From an uncultured Pseudobdellovibrionaceae bacterium (GTDB taxonomy: Bacteria; Bdellovibrionota; FAC87; UBA2466): 64,000 nt of DNA. The stretch spans positions 6,483-70,482 of the forward strand of contig CAZTDN010000018.1 of assembly GCA_964611895.1 (NCBI GenBank), read 5' to 3'. Below are positions 57,440 to 64,000 of this stretch, piece after piece. Position numbers and translations under genes: made by a program. The first letter of the stretch is position 1. Each line of letters starts with the position of its first letter. A model generated the notes under the pieces. It searched no databases and had not been told where the DNA came from. It saw only the letters and a list, made by a program, of their open reading frames with translations.

Positions 57440-58006
57440 ATGCTATCGACTTGTCCCAATTGCAAAAAAGAGATCGAACACGAGGACTTTCTTTTTGAAG
57501 TTCAGTGCCAGTGTGGCTCGCGCTTTAATCCGTTTATGTCCATGAGTGAAGAAACTCCCGCTGAAGTCGTTGCCACTCCAGTCTGGGAAAACAAGGATTC
57601 GACGCCAGATTACAGCGAAAGCCAAAGTGTGTTTTCTGAGCTCAAGGAGTTTGCAGAAACTGGCGCCGTGACACCTCCCCCTTCGCCCCCCAACGCCACG
57701 GCAGAACTGGATTCTCTCCCGGGGGCCACAAATTCCGTCGAGGCCCTGGATGCCATTTTAACCGCGGGGGATAGTTTGCCTGGTTACCAAATCGATCGGT
57801 ACCTCCCACCTGTGTCGGCGGTAGCGGCATTGGATGCTTCGGAACCCAACCCTTTGCGCCCCGGGTTCAATGCGCTTTGGAGTCAGGCACTCCAATGCGG
57901 AGCCAATGGCATTGTAGCGGTACGCTGGGTATTATCCCCGGATGGCACGCGAGTGGTCTTGAGCGGCACTCCGGTCCATTGCTCTAAAGACCCCCTTGAA
58001 AACTAG
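57440..58006 (+). CDS. Zinc-ribbon (CxxC...CxC) N-terminus fused to a YbjQ/UPF0145-like C-terminal domain, hypothetical
   Basis: CPNCKKEIEHEDFLFEVQCQCGSRF, then an acidic/Pro linker, then GANGIVAVRWVLSPDGTRVVLSGTPV (YbjQ-like). 19 nt after the secA stop. Confidence 0.45.
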   Translation: MLSTCPNCKKEIEHEDFLFEVQCQCGSRFNPFMSMSEETPAEVVATPVWENKDSTPDYSESQSVFSELKEFAETGAVTPPPSPPNATAELDSLPGATNSVEALDAILTAGDSLPGYQIDRYLPPVSAVAALDASEPNPLRPGFNALWSQALQCGANGIVAVRWVLSPDGTRVVLSGTPVHCSKDPLEN

Positions 58007-58514
58007 ACCCAAAGACAACCCAAGTCTGCGTCCCATTGGCGCCCGAGCGCTGAAAAGCGCTTCGGATACTCTGCGACCTCACCTTGCGGGCGCACGCGTG
58101 CTCGACCTCTATGCAGGTCAGGGGCGCTTTGGGCAAATGGCTTTGGAAGAGGGCGCCGAATCGGTAACCTTCATCGAAAAAGAGGCTGCCACAAGCGCCG
58201 AGTTGAACAAACGCCTAGCCCGTTGGAAAAACTCTTGTCAAATCCTGGTCGGAGACGCCCTCACTTCCCGACCGAATCTGGGTTGCTTTGACATCGTTTT
58301 TGCAGACCCCCCTTTTGGGGATTGGGAGGCTGCTTTCCTGGAGAAGCTTCTCCGTGCTGTAATCCCGCGGATGCATCCGGACTCAATTTTTCTTGTTAAA
58401 AACCCAAGCCGGGTGTTACTTTCGGGCCCGTTTCCGGGTCTAACCCTTTTGAAACAATCGAAGTTTGGAGAGTCCACCCTCACCTACTTTCGCTATAGGA
58501 CAGCCGATGAGTGA
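57996..58514 (+). CDS. rsmD: 16S rRNA (guanine966-N2)-methyltransferase RsmD
   Basis: 172 aa. LDLYAGQGRFG SAM motif, FADPPF motif. Conserved rsmD-coaD adjacency. Confidence 0.75.
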   Translation: MKTRPKDNPSLRPIGARALKSASDTLRPHLAGARVLDLYAGQGRFGQMALEEGAESVTFIEKEAATSAELNKRLARWKNSCQILVGDALTSRPNLGCFDIVFADPPFGDWEAAFLEKLLRAVIPRMHPDSIFLVKNPSRVLLSGPFPGLTLLKQSKFGESTLTYFRYRTADE

Positions 58515-58998
58515 TCCCATCCACAGCCGCGCTATCTACCCAGGGACTTTTGACCCCATTACTAATGGGCATGTGGATCTTATCAAGCGAAGCCTTGGCG
58601 TCTTTGGCAGCGTTACGGTGCTAGTGGCACATTCCAGAAAAAAAGCGCCCCTTTTCGACTCCGCCACGCGCAAAGCACTCATTGAACGCTGCTTCCCGGG
58701 CGATCCGCGCGTACACGTGGACACCTACGAGGGCTTGCTTGTGGATTACGCGCGCAAACACGGCATCCGCACTGTATTGCGAGGCCTGCGCGCGGTATCG
58801 GATTTTGAGTATGAGTTTCAAATGGCCACCATGAATAGCCGTCTGTACCCAGACTTGCAGACGTATTTTTTGATGGCCAGCGAGCGATCGTTTTTTGTGA
58901 ACTCCACCCTGATAAAAGAAGTGGTCTCTCATCACGGAGACGTCTCCGAAATGGTGCCCCCTCACGTGGAAGAAAAACTAAAGGAAAAGTTATGGTAG
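58507..58998 (+). CDS. coaD: Phosphopantetheine adenylyltransferase
   Basis: Start at ATG 58507 (ATGAGTGA overlap with the rsmD stop). IYPGTFDPITNGH (T/HxGH nucleotidyltransferase motif). Confidence 0.85.
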   Translation: MSDPIHSRAIYPGTFDPITNGHVDLIKRSLGVFGSVTVLVAHSRKKAPLFDSATRKALIERCFPGDPRVHVDTYEGLLVDYARKHGIRTVLRGLRAVSDFEYEFQMATMNSRLYPDLQTYFLMASERSFFVNSTLIKEVVSHHGDVSEMVPPHVEEKLKEKLW

Positions 58999-60173
58999 GC
59001 CTGTCGTCCCGAGTCGCAAAACTCAAGTCTTCTTCGATTATGGAGATTGCAGCCCGCGCTCAGGCGATGAAAGCCCAAGGAGTCGACGTCGTCTCTCTCG
59101 CTGCGGGGGAACCCGACTTCAACACACCCGAAGCCATTCAGAAAGCTGCCACTCAAGCGATGGCTGAAGGGATCACCAAATACACACCGGCTGCTGGATT
59201 TTTGTCCTTGAGAGAAACCCTCGCGGAAAAAATCTCGCGCGAAAACCGGTTTCCCGTAACTCCCGACGAAATCATTGTGACTTCCGGCGCCAAAATGGCC
59301 ATTTACCTCGCACTCCAATGCTTGGCCGACGAAGGAGACACCGTGCTTGTCCCCACTCCGGCGTGGGTGAGTTACCGTCCCATGATTGAGCTCACGGGCG
59401 CGAACATGGTTCCGCTGCCGCTTTTTGAAGAAGATGGATTTCGGCTCAACGTAGATCGTTGGAAAGGCCTCGCCATTCCCGCTAACGCCAAAGGAATTCT
59501 CCTCAATAGCCCCAACAACCCAACGGGTGCTGTGTTTTCCGCCGAGGAACTCAAAAAACTTGCTGGGTGGGCGCTCCAACGCAATCTGTGGATCCTGTCC
59601 GACGAAATCTACGAAAAAATTCTCTACGATGGGGCGGAGCATGTCAGCGTTGCCGCTTTGGGACCCGAAGTGCGCAACCATACCATCACCATCAGCGGTT
59701 TTTCCAAGAGCCACTGTATGACGGGATGGCGACTAGGGTGGGCCGTCGGCAATCGCGAGCTCATCCAAAAAATGGCCGCTCTGCAGAGCCAGAGCGTGAG
59801 TCACGTCACAAGCTTTGTGCAGTGGGCGGCAATTACGGCTGCAAAATTGGACGAATCGGTGGTCTCTGAAATGGTAACGGAGTTTAATGAACGCCGTCTG
59901 TACTGCATGAAAAGGCTCGACGCTCTGTCTAAGCACTGCTCATACGTTCGACCGACGGGCGCCTTTTATTTTTATGTGAATTTTTCTAAGTGGTGCAAAG
60001 AACACGGCAAGAATGATCTGGATCTTTGCAAAGATCTTTTGGCGGTAGCCCATGTGGCAGCTGTGCCAGGGTCGTCTTTTGGTAAAGAAAATTTTGTTCG
60101 CCTTAGCTACGCCAATTCCCCGGCGAATTTGGAAAAAGCCTTTGATCGAATGGAAAAGTTTTTAAACAGCTAG
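58992..60173 (+). CDS. Class I/II PLP aminotransferase (aspartate/aromatic aminotransferase family)
   Basis: 393 aa. SGFSKSHCMTGWRLGW (PLP Lys in SKxxxMxGxRxG). ATGGTAG overlap with the coaD stop. Confidence 0.8.
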   Translation: MVGLSSRVAKLKSSSIMEIAARAQAMKAQGVDVVSLAAGEPDFNTPEAIQKAATQAMAEGITKYTPAAGFLSLRETLAEKISRENRFPVTPDEIIVTSGAKMAIYLALQCLADEGDTVLVPTPAWVSYRPMIELTGANMVPLPLFEEDGFRLNVDRWKGLAIPANAKGILLNSPNNPTGAVFSAEELKKLAGWALQRNLWILSDEIYEKILYDGAEHVSVAALGPEVRNHTITISGFSKSHCMTGWRLGWAVGNRELIQKMAALQSQSVSHVTSFVQWAAITAAKLDESVVSEMVTEFNERRLYCMKRLDALSKHCSYVRPTGAFYFYVNFSKWCKEHGKNDLDLCKDLLAVAHVAAVPGSSFGKENFVRLSYANSPANLEKAFDRMEKFLNS

Positions 60174-61474
60174 AAAGAGTTTCCGATATTAGCAGCGAGC
60201 CGAATGCCCTGTGGGGTGAGCGCTGTATCAAAGCGGAGTACCAATCGGTTATTCCAAATCAATCGCCCCCCCCAGCCCACGGAAGCATGCCAACGCGTAA
60301 AATCGTTGGGAACCAGATTGGGCCAAACTCGCCCGAAGTCGACAAAGGGGACAAACCCAATGGTCAGATCCTGACGCAGTAAATTGGTGAATATGGGATC
60401 CCACCGCAGCTCAAACCCCAGAAACAGACGCATTTTGTCGATGAACTGATTGCTTTGGTAACCTCGAACAAAACGATCCCCGGCTATCCCAATCGAAGAA
60501 AACGTCCCCCCCACATACCCCAGCTCGAAAAAGGGGACGTCCCCGCTGAGATATTCGATCAAAGTACGGTGAGCAAAAACCAACCGTTTCCCCAGAGGGA
60601 TAAATTTGCGAAATGTATACGTCGTTCGGGTAAAGTCGTATTCGCTCCCCGTGATCGCTCGATTGGCCACACTGAAAAATATCTCATGGTAGTCCCCACG
60701 CGAGGGATACGGTTCAAAATCCAACGTATCGTAAATCAGTGCGATCCCCAAAGAGTGAGTTCTTCCGCCTCCGACGCCGACCGGGCGTTGCTGTTCCAGC
60801 AGACTGCCCACGGGAACCCCGACATCGGTCCATTTCAAATGCAAGAACGGCCCTGCGCGAAAATACCGGCCGAAATACCACGAAGTTTGCAGATAAATCG
60901 ATGGGCTCGATAATAAATCTTGGTACAAGACACTCTGCGCATCGTAGGCCGCCTGATCGAACGGTGGGTTATTCCCTATTCCAAAATAGTTCAGGGAGAT
61001 GTCTCGATCATAAGCCAGACGAGTGGTAATGCGCATGCGCTCCCTAAAGGCCCATGGAAAATCCAACTGGAGCTGGTGTTTTTGACGCCCGCGGTCCGAC
61101 GCCAGAACCTGGGCAATAATTTCAGCGGTGTGCGGATCTTGTCGTCGAATGTTTTGCAGTTGTAAGCGCAATCCCAGGTTGAACCCGTTGCGGACGCTGG
61201 GGAAAACGATCGGAATGCCTTGCATGGTCCACGGATCGCCACCTAGCTCAAATGCCTTCTTCTTTACGATGCGATCGATGCGTTGGGCGACATCCTCGCC
61301 GAACTTGGCGATATCGTGTCCCATGGCATCCAGACCTTCGCGAGAGTCGTCGCGTCCGGTTTTTTTTACGTCTTCAGCGGGCTCGAAATGATCGATACCT
61401 TTGGTGGAGGGCAATTCAGCCACTGCAAAGACCGCCCCTGAGGAGATCAATGCGATGAAAACAAGGGATTTCAC
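60170..61474 (-). CDS. Outer-membrane beta-barrel protein (434 aa), hypothetical
   Basis: Signal peptide MKSLVFIALISSGAVFAVA. C-terminus ...AANIGNSF (terminal Phe, OMP signature). Confidence 0.5.
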   Translation of the reverse strand: MKSLVFIALISSGAVFAVAELPSTKGIDHFEPAEDVKKTGRDDSREGLDAMGHDIAKFGEDVAQRIDRIVKKKAFELGGDPWTMQGIPIVFPSVRNGFNLGLRLQLQNIRRQDPHTAEIIAQVLASDRGRQKHQLQLDFPWAFRERMRITTRLAYDRDISLNYFGIGNNPPFDQAAYDAQSVLYQDLLSSPSIYLQTSWYFGRYFRAGPFLHLKWTDVGVPVGSLLEQQRPVGVGGGRTHSLGIALIYDTLDFEPYPSRGDYHEIFFSVANRAITGSEYDFTRTTYTFRKFIPLGKRLVFAHRTLIEYLSGDVPFFELGYVGGTFSSIGIAGDRFVRGYQSNQFIDKMRLFLGFELRWDPIFTNLLRQDLTIGFVPFVDFGRVWPNLVPNDFTRWHASVGWGGRLIWNNRLVLRFDTALTPQGIRLAANIGNSF

Positions 61475-61492
61475 TCAGGTATTCTGCCTAAG

Positions 61493-62059
61493 CTAGAGGG
61501 TAAACGCCAGCCCGGCGCTTAGAAAAATGCCCGTCATGTCGAGCGAACCTGCATTGTAGGGAGTGGCGCCAGAGACGAGACTTCCGAGGTTTTGGAGGCG
61601 ATACCCTCCCCCCAAAAGCAAACTCACCGGGGCTGTCAGGCGAACTCCGATGAGCAATCTGCCTCGGTAGCTCAGCGGCGGAGCTAAGGCCGAGTAACTG
61701 CCCGAGCCTTGGACACTCAAAGTCGCTGGGTAAACTACTGCGGCAGTCAAAAGCCAAAACCACCGCGGGTAGGACAAAAAAAGACCCGCTTCACCAATCA
61801 ACCCGATGTAGCTGAGTCGATCCGAAGCCGCATCCGCGGCCAACCAGTAGTCTGCTCCCACACCGATATACGCACCAGGAGCAGGGGAAATTCCGATATT
61901 CATCTCGATGGATAAAGGAAGATTAAACGGGGTCGTCAGAAAGCTCAAAGAGGACGTCCCCGTGGCTAGGAACCGCGGAGACCGAAACCCTTCTGCTTGT
62001 ACGGGAACCCAAGAAACCAAGAAAAACAAACCGAGACAGATGGTTCGGAGCCGAGTCAC
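61493..62059 (-). CDS. Small secreted/outer-membrane beta-rich protein (188 aa), hypothetical
   Basis: Signal peptide ICLGLFFLVSWVPVQA, Gly/Tyr/Leu-rich alternating sequence. 4-nt overlap with the upstream gene. Confidence 0.35.
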   Translation of the reverse strand: MTRLRTICLGLFFLVSWVPVQAEGFRSPRFLATGTSSLSFLTTPFNLPLSIEMNIGISPAPGAYIGVGADYWLAADAASDRLSYIGLIGEAGLFLSYPRWFWLLTAAVVYPATLSVQGSGSYSALAPPLSYRGRLLIGVRLTAPVSLLLGGGYRLQNLGSLVSGATPYNAGSLDMTGIFLSAGLAFTL

Positions 62060-62685
62060 TCTCCACCTTTTTCGGATTTGTGGAAGAGCGTGTATACGTA
62101 ATCGTCGTCGCTACCCAAGATTTTGTCCCGGCCCAGGGACCGAACTTCAAACGTCCCATCGCGGAGCGAAATATCATAGCTTGTGCCCCACGGGTCTTTC
62201 ATTAAAGCGTCGGGGTCAAACTGCACGCAATTGAGTATCGTGGGGTCGTCGCCCTGATGCACTGTCTGGCAGCGTCGAAATACCGCGCGCAACGCGTCAA
62301 CATCCTCGTTGATGCGCATGTTTCCCCCCAGCGAGAAAAAATGCACCCCGAAGAACCCCACCCAGCAAAGCAATCCCAGCGCGCCAATGCTGCCATAGGC
62401 GATTTTGCGGGTTCGATCTTTTGAAGCGACCGTTCGATCTGAACGCAGGGTCTCCAACCCGGCCACTAATGCGATGCAGGGCAACGTCCACCACACATCT
62501 TCGGCCAAGGTCACAAAGACAAAAACAGCAAAAAAGCCAACTGCCCAGGGGTACCTTTTTTGGGATAGCTGCCCTAATCCGGGCAGCGCAAGACTGAGCA
62601 AGGCGGGTCTACGATAGGCTAATACGCTCATTGCGATATTATTGTCCTTAATGCGTCCGATCTCAAGACTTGTGGACTTGAACAT
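62056..62685 (-). CDS. Membrane protein (2 TM) with a C-terminal domain resembling type II secretion pseudopilin GspG (DPWG motif), hypothetical
   Basis: KDPWGTSYDISLRDGTFEVRSLGRDKILGSDDDYVY resembles the conserved GspG/type-IV-pilin-like C-terminal region (DPWG..Y....G.DG), but there is no prepilin GFTLIE leader. Confidence 0.35.
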   Translation of the reverse strand: MFKSTSLEIGRIKDNNIAMSVLAYRRPALLSLALPGLGQLSQKRYPWAVGFFAVFVFVTLAEDVWWTLPCIALVAGLETLRSDRTVASKDRTRKIAYGSIGALGLLCWVGFFGVHFFSLGGNMRINEDVDALRAVFRRCQTVHQGDDPTILNCVQFDPDALMKDPWGTSYDISLRDGTFEVRSLGRDKILGSDDDYVYTLFHKSEKGGE

Positions 62686-62712
62686 TGCTTCTCCAGAAGT
62701 TAAACCCTCTCT

Positions 62713-63405
62713 GTGTCGGGCTCACTCAAAAAACTGGTAGTCGCGCTGGATTTTGAAGACGAGCTTTCCGCTTTCCACTTGGTGGATAAACTGGGGGACG
62801 AAGTCTCCCGCTATAAAATCGGGCCGCAGCTCTACACCGCTGCTGGGTCCCATGTAGTTCGCTTTCTCCATGACAGGGGGAAACAGGTTTTTCTCGATCT
62901 CAAACTCCACGATACCCCCAATGTCGTTGCCAGAACGATTGAGCGCTTTGCTTGTCTGGGAGTCGAGTTTGCGACTGTGCACTGCCTGGGCGGCCGGACA
63001 ATGCTTGAGGCCGCTGGTAGCGCTTGCCGGGGATCGCAGCTCAAACTCATTGGGGTGACTCTGCTCACCAGCCAAGGGGATAAAGATTCTTATAGCTGGG
63101 GATGGCCGGAGTCGGAACTGGACATGGTCACGCGCTTGACTCGGCTGGGCGTTCAAGCGCGACTCGCAGGAGTCATGTGCTCTCCCCAAGAACTGCGGGC
63201 TTTGCGCCCTCATGCAACGCCTGGGTTTCTTCTGGTAACCCCTGGCATCCGATTTTCAGGAAGAGAAGTGTTTCAAGACGATCAGCAACGCACCGCCACG
63301 CCGGAACAGGCCCTCGAATGGGGAGCGGATATGCTGATTATCGGCCGTCCAATTACCCAGGCCAGGGAACCCCGCCAAGTCCTAGAGGCGATGCATTCTT
63401 TGTGA
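62713..63405 (+). CDS. pyrF: Orotidine 5-prime-phosphate decarboxylase
   Basis: 230 aa. VVALDFED, DLKLHDTPNVV (Asp-x-Lys-x-x-Asp catalytic array). Confidence 0.85.
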   Translation: MSGSLKKLVVALDFEDELSAFHLVDKLGDEVSRYKIGPQLYTAAGSHVVRFLHDRGKQVFLDLKLHDTPNVVARTIERFACLGVEFATVHCLGGRTMLEAAGSACRGSQLKLIGVTLLTSQGDKDSYSWGWPESELDMVTRLTRLGVQARLAGVMCSPQELRALRPHATPGFLLVTPGIRFSGREVFQDDQQRTATPEQALEWGADMLIIGRPITQAREPRQVLEAMHSL

Positions 63406-64000
63406 AAAAACGGCACGACAACCCGTTGGAGACTTCTTCTCTTTCTGCAATTGAGCACCTGTTGCAGCACCGCCCCGATTGGATTCGATCGTTGCGTCTA
63501 TCGGACCGGACCAGCCCTCGTCTTCAAAACCTCGAGGCGCTTGCCAAAACGAACGGCATTCGGCCGGGCCTCGACAAAGGCCTGAGTGAATCTGAAGGGG
63601 CTGTGGCGCTACTTGCGCCTTTTGTGTTTGCAGATTTCAAAGCCCTTAAAATGCAGTGGGGCGCGCGCCCTAGAGCGTTGGTCGTGGCATTGGACCACCT
63701 TCAAGACCCCCAGAACCTAGGCGCCATTTGCCGATCGGCTGAGGCGTTGGGGGCGGACGGCGTTGTGCTCCCCAAGGACCGCAGCGTCTCGGTGACGGCC
63801 TCGGTTTTTGCAGCGTCGGCGGGAGCTGTGGGAACTTTGCCCATTTGCCAGGTAACCAATCTGAACGAAGCCCTGCGGCAGCTCAAAGAGTCTGGGTTTT
63901 GGATCGTGGGCTCCACGTTGGGGGAGAGCGCAACCGGCTTGGATAAAATGCCCGATTTCGAAAGAATCGCTTTGGTTTTAGGGGCGGAGGGCGATGGGAT
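63402..64000 (+). CDS. SpoU/TrmH-family RNA 2-prime-O-methyltransferase (RlmB/TrmH-like), 3-prime partial
   Basis: Hand-translated frame. Probable GTG start at 63402 overlapping the pyrF stop (GTGA). LVVALDHLQDPQNLGAICRSAEALGADGVVLPKD (SpoU motif 1). Runs off the window end, which is why it is absent from the ORF track. Confidence 0.65.
   Translation, partial: MKKRHDNPLETSSLSAIEHLLQHRPDWIRSLRLSDRTSPRLQNLEALAKTNGIRPGLDKGLSESEGAVALLAPFVFADFKALKMQWGARPRALVVALDHLQDPQNLGAICRSAEALGADGVVLPKDRSVSVTASVFAASAGAVGTLPICQVTNLNEALRQLKESGFWIVGSTLGESATGLDKMPDFERIALVLGAEGDG

Noticed and set aside
1-64000. Scan for CRISPR arrays, IS elements/transposases, integrases, prophage genes and rRNA.
   Set aside because: No regularly spaced direct repeats with unique spacers, no transposase/integrase-like ORFs and no rRNA-like segments were seen. 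The only repeat family is the palindromic element reported above.

Overview
This is a 64-kb window from a Gram-negative (diderm) bacterial chromosome. It is densely coding: about 55 CDS are supported, many with overlapping stop/start codons (TTGA, GTGA, ATGG-TAG, TAGTG junctions). I found no rRNA, tRNA, CRISPR array, transposase or integrase. The supplied ORF track counts GTG/TTG as starts, and several starts were refined by hand (Shine-Dalgarno spacing, signal-peptide position), so hand coordinates may be off by 1-2 nt. Housekeeping genes (a penicillin-amidase-family gene, fdxA, skp-bamA, lolD plus a LolC/E permease, valS, polA, a DedA-family membrane protein, icmF, feoAB, plsC, secA, rsmD-coaD, a class I aminotransferase, pyrF, a TrmH-family methyltransferase) are interspersed with four accessory-looking blocks. 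(i) An island of large secreted hypothetical proteins (Cys-rich 538 aa, internalin-like LRR, 317 aa, 1093-aa HEAT-repeat). (ii) A compact AddB-like Fe-S PD-(D/E)XK nuclease plus a UvrD-like helicase. (iii) An operon of a LipA-type lipase-like hydrolase, two separately encoded ArsA/Get3-like ATPase halves and a HAMP-only membrane protein. (iv) A catabolic cluster: thiolase, two class-III aminotransferases, an RocA-like aldehyde dehydrogenase, a glutaconate-type CoA-transferase A/B pair and a VLCAD-like long acyl-CoA dehydrogenase. The most distinctive sequence-level signal is a family of six near-identical 36-38 bp perfect palindromes built from the 13-bp unit GGTACGCGGTACC (itself GGTAC-N3-GTACC). 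They sit within a few nt of stop codons at gene boundaries, and once as a 3-unit alternating array in the divergent region directly upstream of the nuclease/helicase pair. They are not accounted for by any gene annotation.
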